From: Pseudogymnoascus verrucosus
Lineage: Eukaryota
NCBI GenBank assembly: GCA_001662655.1
Contig: KV460293.1
Strand: one strand, 5' to 3'
DNA length: 36,921 nt
In this document: piece by piece, positions 1 through 11,041 of the stretch
Layout of the letters: every line of letters begins with the position of its first letter
Position numbering within the stretch: the first letter of the stretch is position 1
Program-made: the position numbers and the translations under genes
The notes under the pieces: model-generated
Database searches by the model: none
What the model saw: only the letters and a program-made list of their open reading frames with translations
What the model was told of the DNA's origin: nothing

Positions 1-92
1 ACTACTCGAGTAGTTCAGATTTCTTCGAGTCGAGTACTACTCGAGTAATTACTCGAGTAGTACTCGCAACGAGTAGTACTCGGGCAACACTG
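1..92. mobile_element. Probable terminus of a DNA transposon (hAT-like), with subterminal TACTCGAGTA palindromic repeats
   Basis: Dense TACTCG/CGAGTA repeats end abruptly at ...CGGGCAACACTG (92). On the - strand this reads CAGTGTTGCCCGAG, resembling hAT-type CAG.. termini. Perfect palindromes at 1-14 and 31-66. The other end is outside the window. Confidence 0.6.
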
Positions 93-1926
93 ACTATTTT
101 TCATAACGTCAACTCCACATTCGGGCCATCCACTGGGATGAAGCTGCTGGTGGATGCTGGGTGAATATGCGGTGATGCAGTTGTCAACATTCCGATCACA
201 GGAAATATGGCCTGCTTTTGGCCCTGGTAATGGGAGAGGAGGGAACGACTCCTCATTATTACCTGTCGGCGGCGTCAGTTGCCGCTTTGAAGGAAGTACC
301 AGAACCAGAGCAGAACCTGACGGCGGCGACTTTTAAAGCTCATGCGAGTACCGAATTTTGCGACAGCTGAGTTCAAAGCACACACGGGGACCGGACTGAC
401 TGGCGGCAACAATGTTTAAAGCAAAAGCGAGGACCAGATTTTACGGTTCAAATCGTAGCGCTCGCTCAGGGAAGCCATTCTTCATCGGGATAGAGAGTGC
501 GTGCTCTTGGTCTCCGAGGTGGAGCTTGAGCATCTGCAAGTCGCAGTGGTGGAACCTTTCTTATAATGCGGGGGGCGCCTTGCACTTCTTTGATCTGAGT
601 GCCATGACATGACCTTTGGAAAATCAATACATTGCCAGTGGGCTGCAGATGAGGGGAACTTGCCTCGGTTCAAAGAGGGATGTGTCTATTGTCCCTGTTG
701 GTGTGAAGCACACACGGAATTATGGATGCAGGAAAAGGGTTGCCTACTCCCAGGCACCTTTCGACACCAATCCATCTTTCACACGTCTTATTGACGTGAT
801 GTTTACTGGTGGTGATGCTATGTCCCCTTCTGAAAACACTCTCTTAGGAGCATGTTGTAGATTCCCACTCGGCGTAAAAACGCCTTGTGAAGACGCTCGA
901 TGGACACCGCCTCGGGGCTGAAGAAGACCTGCAGAAACAGAGCTGCTCAGATGAACACGATAGGTACTCCATGCAGGTGCCTTCTAAAAGCAGAGAGTAT
1001 ATCAAGGCCAATCCTCTCTATAAATGCTTATGTTTTTTACAATTCCTGACTTCGGTCATGTCTTGCTTCTGCTCGCGGGGTTTCTTGATAATGATGAGAT
1101 GACCTCTACTGGTATCATGAACACAGTCTCTTTCTAGAACTACGCGGACGATGAATACCCTGACACCTTCGTCTCGAAGCCATGGGTGAACGATGCCTTC
1201 AACCTCGACTTTTCTTGTTCAAAGGAGGTTTCCTGCCCTCATCTTAAGGGCCTAACCAACGAATTGCCAGCAAAGCACGATTCAAAAGGCAACTGTATTC
1301 TTAACAACCCCCTATGCGTCTTTTGCAAACCTGGGTAGCTCGGCGGCCTCTTCGCTCGCATGCAACTATCTGCGATATGGCTCGGTCTCCGATGTGCCTG
1401 TGAATGGAGACTTCCTGCATTGGATGGACATACCAATCTATCAAACTAATAATCGATGACACAGCTGCCATCGGAACTGCTCAGAAAGATTACTAACTAG
1501 GAGCAAGATCCAGCTTTAAATGATATGAGACAAGGCCATCCAGTGCCGAAAGTCTCATGAAAGCCAGGGAGAACGGGGCAAGAAGCCCAGCTCTGTTTTG
1601 GAGGGCGAGGACATCTACAACTGGGGCGACGACATGCTTCTGCGGGGCTGGCGCAACCAGCAAAGAATGAGAGGCACTGTGGGCCCAACTGGACACCAAG
1701 AAGATTTGCTATGGCGCCGTGAATGCGGGGAACCCCTAAAGTGGTCCGCTACCAACTACTGCACGAGAAGAGGTGTCATTTAGAAGATGAAAAGGAGATA
1801 TGCGGCGGATTCGACAGTTGACGCAATGAATTGGCAAAAGCTCACTCCTGCAAGCAGGTCTGACTGACTCCAATCGCTAGGGGTGTCAGACTGCTCCCGT
1901 AGCAAGTTACCGGCCCTGGATGGATA

Positions 1927-2867
1927 TTGCGACAGTGGCAACACGAGCTCGACAATGGCTTGTTTGCTGATGATGTCGGTCTGGGAAAGACGGTCCTGAG
2001 TCTGACAGCTCTGCAGCTAGGCGTGGACTTGGCGCGGGCTCGGAGTAAGGGGAGAAATCACGCGACTAGCGAGGATTTCTTTGGGCTGGAGGGTCCCTAC
2101 AAGCCAACACTCATTGTGTGCCCGGCATCTGCGCTCTCTGTGTGGAAAGAGATGTAGCAAAGTTCCCAGATATGTCGCTACGCCTGTGGGTAGGCTCTCC
2201 CTCTAAGGCCTCGCCTGGCGATAGGCTAATCACACTAAACAAGCTCCCGGACGCCCTTAAGGAACATGTTGGACAGTTCAAGGACAACGACCCGAGAACG
2301 GCCCTACAGATCGTTTTGACGACATATCAGACGTTCCATATTCGAACGATCTTCTTTGAGAATGCAAAGGGGAAAGGGCGGGCAGACGACGGAGTCGAGG
2401 GTAGGGATGAGGAGGATGTTAGGAACGATGGCGAGAAGTCTACACTATCGACAGAAGAGCCTAGGACCATAAGCACCAAGGCTGCTTGGGACCGTTATAG
2501 CCGACGAGTCTCATAAGCTGAAGAGCGTGTTCACTCGGACCCACCAGTCGCGCGGCTTGGAGCACAGCGCATGGTCTTAATTACGGCGACCCCAACCATT
2601 AACAAGTCTATTGATCTATACGGCATGCTCAGTCTCATTTGGAATGGCATGAGGAATGACCTGGTAGACCAGCTACCATTTAGTATGGACGATCCTAAGG
2701 AGGTGGGCGTTGGAGATTACTGCGTAGCAACCGAGGCCATGAGGTCTAAGGATTCGACTTCATTCAACTTAGAGGAACTTGTAGGCCTGGTTAAGTTTCT
2801 AAATCCGGCTGCATTCAAGCACATCGTCGCGAGCGAGCAACAGTTAGGCACTAGGACTGCGTCCTAA
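1927..2867 (+). pseudogene. SNF2-family helicase/ATPase relic (N-terminal ATPase lobe), frameshifted
   Basis: Motif I LFADDVGLGKT and motif Ia PTLIVCPASALSVWKE are followed by a frameshift near 2150, then IVLTTYQTF. Motif II (VIADESHKLK, DESH at 2503-2514) is in another frame, and motif III LITATPTINK follows a further shift. No intact helicase-C lobe recognised. Confidence 0.8.
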
Positions 2868-3651
2868 AGTCCCTGCGGACACTGATATGCCATATTGGCA
2901 ACAGTCGCTGTTCGCACCTTCATTTTGGAGGAAAATTACGCACTCTTGGTTATCGATGCGAGCATGATTGACGTGGAAGCAAAATAAATAGCAGCTGCAG
3001 TCCTTGAGACGAGGTTCACGAAAATCTGAGAAGCCGTCCCCGCCGTGTTTCTTAGGGAAGTCGAGGACTTTGGATTTCCAACGAGGCACATCATGGTCCG
3101 TCTAAAGGGTTCCGTCAGATGGGGAGGCAGGCAACGCCTCGAAATCGGCAGACTCAAAGGCTCCGCATCACCCAGGCGTGTCTATTTACGGTTGACTTGT
3201 AGTTTCGGTAGACAGGTGTCGAAATTCACATCTATACCTCCATATTGCTGAATCAATAGTAACTTTAGATCCTATCAACACCCTCACTCCGGAACCCATG
3301 AACAATACCGGCCCGTCGTAGACCTCTCGACGAGGCTAGGATCTTGATGCCTCAATTTCACGTTCATATGTATTATCTATCTCTTTCTCCCATAACATGA
3401 GTGGGATCGTCCGCCAGCTCTACACCATCCGCTTGGATGGTATACGACTAGCAAACATACAGATGCCCACATAAAAAACTCCATGTTACTCAGGAATCGC
3501 CTAAGCGTTGCATGTTCTGTAATGAGAGCAACCATTCCACCTGGAAATGCACTAAGCATCCCCGAAGAGATGCAGTTCTGGCCAGAGGAAGTAAGCCGCT
3601 ACCTTCTCTTCCTTCCCTTCTGTCTCTCCCTCTCACATGCTCTTTCTAATT

Positions 3652-4186
3652 TTAGCAGTGGCCGAGTTTAGCTGCAGAAACTATTAGTTACCACTATTAA
3701 CAAATGCAATCACAGATTATTAACTTACCCTTGGAGCAATTCGCGTCAGTGTAGGCTCCTGGAACATAGCAGCCCCAGTTAACAGCCCAGTCCCACGTGC
3801 TGTATCGCCAGTTAGCCATTGCACCTAAGAAACTCAAATGCTCGCTGCAGCAATACTCACCAGTTACCATTGATGCACTCTCCCTCGGTGTAGCAGGTAA
3901 AGTCATGTCCAGTACCTTTCTTGAAGGTCGTCCTTATTCTGTCCAGAGCTGTACACTAATGTCAGACAGAACCGCATTACAAAGGTAAGATCACTTATTT
4001 ACCATTATTCGGGACCCAGGGGTCATAGCGGCAATTCACAACAGAAGCATTAACAATCTTGCAGACTTGCTTCGAGCGAGAAACCAGCCCAGCGTTCTCG
4101 CCATCTGCGATGGCATCTGACGCAGGGAGGGGGTTGGCCAGGGCGACAACAGGGAGGAGGAATGCGAGAGCGCTCGAGAGCTTCAT
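3652..4186 (-). CDS. Small secreted cysteine-rich protein (120 aa, 8 Cys), possible SH3b-like fold
   Basis: Exons 4186-4003, 3948-3861, 3799-3729 and 3671-3652 are joined by three GT-AG introns (54, 61, 57 nt) with branch sites, giving 363 nt in frame. Product: MKLSSALAFLLPVVALANPLPASDAIADGENAGLVSRSKQVCKIVNASVVNCRYDPWVPNNALDRIRTTFKKGTGHDFTCYTEGECINGNCTWDWAVNWGCYVPGAYTDANCSKAKLGHC. It has a signal peptide and an acidic propeptide ending in R. Confidence 0.88.
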
Positions 4187-4295
4187 GATTCCAATTTTAG
4201 GCCGAATGGAACTAGGGAAAGGTTGGTATGTGCAGTAAGGTGGTGTGGTGAGGGGATCGTCGTCAGGAAATTGTCCTGCTCTTATACACCATTTT

Positions 4296-4366
4296 CTCAG
4301 CTCTTCCCCACACCGTTCGCTCAGCCACTCCCCACACCTTTATCTCAGCCCATCCCCACATCTCAG
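4296..4366. promoter_or_regulatory. Three 24-bp-period imperfect tandem repeats, each with a CreA/Mig1-consensus site, upstream of the secreted-protein gene
   Basis: Units CTCAGCnnnTCCCCACA start at 4296, 4320 and 4344. CCCCAC is GTGGGG on the - strand, matching SYGGRG. A TATAAG lies on the - strand near 4281-4286. Confidence 0.45.
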
Positions 4367-6573
4367 ATCGTCCAAGGCTAACATCCATTCTTGGATAACG
4401 TGGCATACTTTGTGGCCCCTTCATGTAGGCTCATACCTGCGTAAATAGCGTAGGAGGGTTGGCGCAGCCAGTCAGGGAGGGGCGATAGCAAGACATAATG
4501 AGGCATAACGAGACATAACGGGGGAGAAATGAGATGTTCGGGGCTGTGGGCACGAGAGCTTCTGCTTGTTTCGTCCTGGAGAGCCCTGCCAAGCGTAAGC
4601 TATCGGGGGGATTTTATGCCGGGCTACTAGTTCTAGCGTTTACTTTGCCAGGTACAGTGGAACCCCATACCCACCGAACAACCTGTCTCCACTTCTGATC
4701 TGACCTCGATCCCCTCATTAGCATCATTTACATGCAAATACCAAACTGGAGGTCTAATAGCTCTAGGGTTTTGTTGCACGGGATATTTTGCTTTGCAATA
4801 AACCGGACGGGATATAATCTCCAAGGTCATGGGCTTCATAACGCCGGGCAGCATGCAGAATGCCCCTAGTTCTAAGGACATCCTAACCACGGTCTATTGG
4901 CACGATTACCATGACTACCTTCTACGGCCCTAACAGGATAGGTAGGTTGACGCCGGATTTTTATAAGCATTAACTAACATATGCACTGTCTAGATAAATC
5001 CAGGCGGGCGATTGTTTCTGCACCCGTACTACCTCCCTCTTGTTGCGCATTATAGAGATATTGCGTTCAGTGGGAACCAAGAAACCTCTGAGAGGATCTG
5101 GCGTGAAGTTGTCTGATGTGGACAGTGACTACAAGGCGTTTTGGTTTGGCCAAACCCGACGAGAACGATCCCCGGTGGAATAGTTGTTTCAATTGCTAAT
5201 GGCAATATTTGTGGAATGCGGCTGAGTATCGGAGCTGATGGCAAGAGAATCTAAGCTATCAGTCGACGACTAAGCCTCGTCGGGCTGGAATGGGTGTTCA
5301 GCGAAATATCGTTCTGGGGAGCGGCACAGTTCTCTTTACATACGTTCACTGAGTCTGGTATTCGCGGATGTGCCATCCCTTTCCCTCATGTTGCTACCTA
5401 TCTCGGCATCGCCCTCGTAAACGCAGGGCCGTTTGGAGTCAACACATAACTCCCGGCCACAACATGGTAGCGAAGTGGGAGAACGGGGTGGTATGTTCCT
5501 GAATCCCCGCAAAAGCATGGACTGACAAGATGGTAGTTGACCGTGTACGACCTGAGCTAGACGACAAATAAGCATCCTTATTGTAAGGATGGCAAGGTCC
5601 TTCGCCTAAGACAGATTCCAGGGTGGCCCCTGATCCGTGCAATCTGGGGTGGAGGGGGGGAGTGGCGGGAATAACGATGGCCTTTGTCGGTCTATGTCAC
5701 TCCGGTGGCTCTTGGAGGAGATTATCGCGGCAATCTACTCGGACGAGGCCCTCCTCACTAGGCACTAGGCCTGGGTGACGGTCCCACTGTGAGGAAGGGC
5801 ATCGTATTGGGTCCAGGCAGGCTGTGCGGCAATCCGTAGGGGACGTCACCGAAATTTTATTACTGTTAGGGAACGAGACATAAGATCTAAATCTCGAGAT
5901 GCTTATCCCAAAAATAGCAGAACTCAATTTTGAAGAGTTCTCATATGTTTATGAGGAAAGGAACCTTTATTTTTGTTATCCTACAAAAGCCACTATTGCA
6001 TCTCTCATGAGATCGTTCACATATCGTGGCCACTAGTCCATGGTTTTTTACTAGCAGGACAGTATATATATATGCACTCTGTGATTGATGTAGCCGGGTT
6101 AACGTCTTATCTAATGAATATTATTCTGTAATCTTCACCTCAAAAAGCTGGAGGGTGAACAACAGCTTAGCTAGCACCAAGTAGATCACCAAGACCTCTA
6201 AATATATGCCGTTGTATCTTTGAAGATAACAGTGGGAGGTTGTTAGATTCCTCGTTAGCCGAGCCCAAGTATAAATATAGGCAGCCAAGCACAGCCTGCA
6301 TATATCGCTAATATGGACCTCACTTATTTACTTCAGACCTTTCGTGATTGTGGCCTGTCGTGAGTTTCCTGTTCCGTTACACTCTGCCCAAGCCCATCGG
6401 CCAAGATCTGCGGATACCTTCATAGGGCTCTATATAAACCCAGCAAGGTTGCAAAGCCGGAGCCTTGTCTGCAGCTTCTTGTTTCTCGCTGTTCCTTTTG
6501 ACTATACATTCTTGAGCCTGAAGCGGTGTCCAACTGCGAATCTGTCACAGTTTTCAATCGAGAAGAACACAGC

Positions 6574-8242
6574 ATGTCGCTTCCATCCGTGTGGCAATGG
6601 ATTATTATTACCCTGGTTGGATACCTCATCTACCGACATGCCTCTGGTCGATCTGGTCGACACAACCTTCCCCCAGGTCCAAGGCCGCTTCCGATCGTAG
6701 GAAATGCTCGTGACTTCCCCCCAGCAGATGTTCCGGAGTTCCAGCATTGGCTAAAGCATAAGGACCTGTACGGCCCCATTAGCTCCGTAACTGTCCTTGG
6801 TATGACGCTCGTTGTCATCCATGATAAAAAGGTGGCCCATGATCTTCTTGAGCAAAATTCAATCAAAACCTCGGGACGGCCTACAATGGTTTTCGCAAAT
6901 CAACTCTGTGGCTATGAGACCGTCATGGTCTGCAAAGAATATACCAGCACCTTTCGGCATCACCGCAAGCTGCTGCACCAGGAACTTGGCACCAAGACGT
7001 CAGCAGCACAGTTCCGTGATGTCCAAGAAATTGAAGTAAGCCGGCAGCTCGTGCGGGCGCTTAACGAGCCCGGAAAATTCCTAGAGCACTTCAAGACGTA
7101 AGTTCAGACGATCTTTGGCCGTTCCCATGCCCTAAATATGAGACTGATTGTATTGACTGTTGTACAGCACCGCTGCTGCCACCATCTTAAAAATGACCTA
7201 CGGCTACACCATTGAGCCGCACAAACCTGACGTTTTGGTTGACTTGAGCGATAAAATGATGACTGAATTCTCGCTCGCCGCTGTTCCTATGGCATGGCTA
7301 GTCGACCTCATTCCTATTCTTCGGCATATACCTGAGAATTTTCCGGGTGTTAAATTTAAGAGAATAGCTCGAAAATGGAGAAGAAGCATTCGCGCAACTG
7401 CATACACCCCTTATCGGTTTGCCCAGCGTCAGATAGCTGCCAATGGTCACCAGCAGTCCTATGTGTCAAAACTTATTCGGAAATTTGGGCCTGAGGGCGA
7501 GACTGGAACTCTAAACAGCGATGATGAGGAGGCTATTGTATGGACTGCAGCAAGTCTCTACGGTGCTGCCGCAGACACTACAGTGATAACTCTAAGTGTC
7601 TTCACCCTGGCTATGGTTATGTTTCCTCACGTACAGCACAAGGCACAGGAGGAGATTGACCGTGTGGTTGGCACTGATCGCCTACCAAATTTCGGTGACC
7701 GGGACAGATTGCCGTATGTCAGCGCTATAGTTAAAGAAACCTTGAGATGGTGGCCCATTGCTCCGATGGGCTTCCCGCACGCAGTTGACGTTGACATCGA
7801 GTACAACGACCTTCATATCCCGAAGGGAGCATTACTTCTCCCGGCCGTCTGGTGGTTCCTGCACGATCCAGACGTATACTCCGATCCAGCCTCATTCGAC
7901 CCAGAACGTTTCCTTAGCCCACGCAACGAGCCTACTCCAGATACGGAGGGATTTGGTTACGGGCGCAGGATATGCCCTGGTCGTTTTTTTGCGGATTCAA
8001 GCCTCTATATCAATATGGTGCAGACTTTAGCCACATTTAAAGTCGCTAAGTCGATTGGTAAGGATGGAAATGAAACTGCCATTGATGTGAAGCCGAAACC
8101 TGGAATCTTGAGCTACCCAACCGAATTTCAGTTCCAGGCCGTGCCGAGAAGTCAGAAGCACGTGGATCTAATCCGAAGAGTTGGGTTAGAGCATCCCTTT
8201 GAGGCAAGTGACGCTGGGCTTCTTGGGAGTGAGACGGATTAG
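6574..8242 (+). CDS. Cytochrome P450 monooxygenase (CYP64/CYP620-like, OrdA-like group)
   Basis: N-terminal TM anchor, PPGPRPLPIVGN hinge, I-helix AAADTT, KETLR (ExxR), DPERF and heme motif FGYGRRICPG. One intron at 7098-7167 (GTAAGT...TACAG) joins the two ORFs in frame. Confidence 0.95.
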
Positions 8243-9063
8243 GGATTCACATAGTTACAATGTGTAAACAGGAGGCTCTTGGAAAAGCATGGTCCAAGTA
8301 AAGCTATTACGTATTAAGTCACTGTACCGCATGAGAAAATGGTCTGTCTTCACATGATGATAATTTCATCGTGAAGCATGGCAAACAATTATGGCGAGGA
8401 GAACAAGTACGGGAGTTCAAAACTCCGAGCGCAAGTATTTAGCTCGGTCCGAAGAGGTCGAGACGAAACGTGGAGATCAGAGATCGTCATGCATCGTGAT
8501 ACAGGGGAACGGGAGACGCGCACATCTCGGGGAACATCAAAGCTTAGTATTTTTTATGGAGGAAAAGACAGGCCACGGAATTAAAAGTTCGCCGACAACC
8601 AACGGATGGTTTTTGAGATAGTATTACCATGTACCTGCGAAATAATAAACCTTACTTGCCAAAAGCAATTGCTTGGTGAGGTAATTCTCATATACAGGCA
8701 AGAATAGATTCGGTGGCCCGTGTGGTGGCGCCCAGACATGAATCTTCTGCGTGGCTGAAACAAACCACATCGCCGAGGTGGAATCATGAGTGTTTGAAGA
8801 GTTTCACGTCAACGTCGTCGCCGTTTGGGAAGGTCGATAATGAAGTGTTTATGGGATGCGGAATTGAGGCGTTCAGTGTATATATAACCACCAGGCCTGT
8901 TATTTCGCCACTTTTCCTTACCATTGCGTTTATCCTTTCGAGTTCTTTCTTTTCTAAGTTTCCATTCTTTCTCCGCCTGGTGCGAGTCCATTCCTTCGTC
9001 GTCGACTTCCATTCTTTATACAAGTCCTCCCTAGTTCGAGTCCTATCCCATTCATTTTACAGG

Positions 9064-10160
9064 ATGTCCAGTTGTATTAAGAAAACATGCTTGTTAGCAT
9101 TTCTCCTGCTCAACTGTGAGTTTTGGCACAAACCGTTCATCTATTTCAGCTATAACAGTCTCCTAATGATTTATTTCTGGTAGTATCCATCCCGGCAGTC
9201 GCGCTCCCAGCTATTTCACTTCGACAGGTCGCCCCAGGCACACAATTCATTACGGGAGCTTGCACCACCGACGCTGATTGTGCATCGGCTTGTTGTGGGT
9301 TCAGATCTGGCAAATGTGCTGGTCCGGTTGTCGCCCAGGAGCGTGATGGTGGCTGTGGTTTCGGGGATGCACAGCCCAATGATACCGCAGCGAAGGCCCT
9401 AACTGGCGGCGCACCAGTCAACAACGGAAATGCTGCTTCTGGACAAGCAGCGGCCGCCGCTGGTACCAGCGCTGCGCCAGCTGCTGGGACTCAATTCATT
9501 ACTGGGGCCTGTACTAGCGATGCCGACTGCGCATCGGCCTGCTGCGGTTTCAACTCTGGCAAGTGTGCCGGTCCGGTTGTCGCTCAGGAACGTGATGGTG
9601 GCTGTGGTTTCGGGGATGCACAGCCCAATGATACCGCAGCGAAGGCCCTAACTGGCGGCGCACCAGTCAACAACGGAAATGCTGCTTCTGGACAAGCAGC
9701 GGCCGCCGCTGGTACCAGCGCTGCGCCTGCTGCTGGTAGTCAATTCATTACTGGGGCCTGTACTAGCGATGCCGACTGCGCGTCGGCCTGCTGCGGTTTC
9801 AATTCTGGGAAGTGTGCTGGCCCAGTCGTTGCCCAAGAACGTGACGGCGGCTGTGGTTTCGGGAATGCGCAGCCAAATGACACTGCTGCGAAGGCCCTCA
9901 CTGGCGGTGCGTCAACCAACAACGGAAATGCTGCAGGGCAGGCGGCTGTTGCCGCTGGCACTAGCGCCGCCGCAGCTCCTGGGAGTCAATTCATCACCGG
10001 GGCCTGCAAGAGCGATGCCGATTGTGCATCAGCCTGCTGCGGTTTCAATTCCGGCAAGTGTGCTGGCCCAGTCATTGCCCAAGAACGTGACGGCGGCTGT
10101 GGTTTCGGGAATGCGCAGCCTAATGACACTGCTGCAAAAGCCTTCTTCGCTGGCCAGTAA
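9064..10160 (+). CDS. Secreted protein (342 aa) with four tandem 6-Cys domains, BAS2 (biotrophy-associated secreted protein 2)-like
   Basis: Exon 1 9064-9115, intron 9116-9183 (GTGAGT...CTAAT...TAG), exon 2 9184-10160, 1029 nt in total. The signal peptide MSSCIKKTCLLAFLLLNLSIPAVA is followed by 4x QFITGAC(T/K)(T/S)DADCASACCGF(R/N)SGKCAGPV(V/I)AQERDGGCGFG(D/N)AQPNDTAAKA with Ala/Gly-rich linkers. Confidence 0.9.
9243..10143 (+). repeat. Intragenic tandem repeat, 4 units, period 249/249/246 bp
   Basis: The CAATTCAT domain starts fall at 9243, 9492, 9741 and 9987. About 137 bp (9342-9478 vs 9591-9727) are identical. Confidence 0.95.
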
Positions 10161-10330
10161 TTGGGAGAAATCAGCTGCAGGGCAGTTGGTTCAAATAGGA
10201 AGGCTTGTAATATTTGCAGTTTATAGGTGACCTTTGTCACTTGAAGCTTGTTGTAGAATAGTTGATTGTCAAATATATTTACCCAAAGGGCAAAGAATTG
10301 ATGGATTATTGAGTGCCAAATGGTATCATT

Positions 10331-11041
10331 TTATCGCCCTAGAACAAGATAGGCGAAGCCCAAGAGACCACGGTAGTTCATGATATATTCGCGCTCTCTC
10401 TCATCTAGCCGTTCTCTTATTTCTTGAGCTTTTGGGGAGTTTGGATTCTCAATTATCCACTGCCGTAGTCCAGCTCGGTGACTAGACTCGAAGTTGTCCC
10501 ACTCCCTCTGATCCGCTGTTGTCAGATTTAGAATCTCCCAACCCGTCTCTCGGCACATTGCAACAAGATCTATGAGCATAGGAATGTCATCTCCATGTAT
10601 CTCTTGTGCAATATCTGTCGGTTGACGCTCCCAGAAAGTGTCTCCGATGAGAACCCTGCCCTTGGGCACAATCTCTGCAAGCCGCTGGAGCATAGCTCGA
10701 CTGCCCCCAAAAATATGAGACGATCCAATGCAGATGGCACGGTCTCTTGTATCTCGCCAATCTGCAGCAGATTGACAGGCAAATTTAACACTTACACCTT
10801 TTTCCCTTGCCGCTCGGAGCCCCCGATCGATGGCCAGGGGGTCGGTATCAACGCCTATTCCTTTTGCCCCTGTCCTTACTATTGCTCGTAACAGCAATTC
10901 TCCCCACCCACATCCAAGATCAACAATGCTAGTTGTGGCAGAAAACCTCATTTGTTCGAGTAATTCGTTGGAGTGTGGCTCCCCGAGTGGTGAGTTCCAT
11001 ACCATAGATGCATATTTAGCTTGAGAAATGGTTTCCTCCAT
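10331..11041 (-). CDS. Class I SAM-dependent methyltransferase, intronless, bacterial-like (236 aa)
   Basis: Motif I IVDLGCGWGELL, post-I GIGVDTD, AICIGSSHIFGG, GRVLIGDTFWE and C-terminal YRGLLGFAYLVLGR. Single uninterrupted ORF. Confidence 0.88.
   Translation of the reverse strand: MEETISQAKYASMVWNSPLGEPHSNELLEQMRFSATTSIVDLGCGWGELLLRAIVRTGAKGIGVDTDPLAIDRGLRAAREKGVSVKFACQSAADWRDTRDRAICIGSSHIFGGSRAMLQRLAEIVPKGRVLIGDTFWERQPTDIAQEIHGDDIPMLIDLVAMCRETGWEILNLTTADQREWDNFESSHRAGLRQWIIENPNSPKAQEIRERLDEREREYIMNYRGLLGFAYLVLGR

Noticed and set aside
4296..4366. CRISPR-like repeat-spacer pattern (also considered for 36405-36500)
   Set aside because: Eukaryotic context, units far too short, no unique spacers of about 30 bp and no cas genes.
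4633..5927. Short - strand ORFs between the secreted protein and the P450
   Set aside because: No recognisable motifs or consistent splice model; possible relic but unsupported.
9064..10160. Fungal RiPP (dikaritin/KEP) precursor
   Set aside because: The repeats are about 83 aa disulfide-type domains with no KR/RR Kex2 sites between them, and no DUF3328/UstYa gene is nearby.
9430..10230. ORF-track proteins 9430-9651 and 9679-10230 (MLLLDKQRPP...) and antisense ORFs over the repeat
   Set aside because: They are alternative-frame shadows of the spliced Cys-rich gene, whose frame has a signal peptide and mostly synonymous differences between units.
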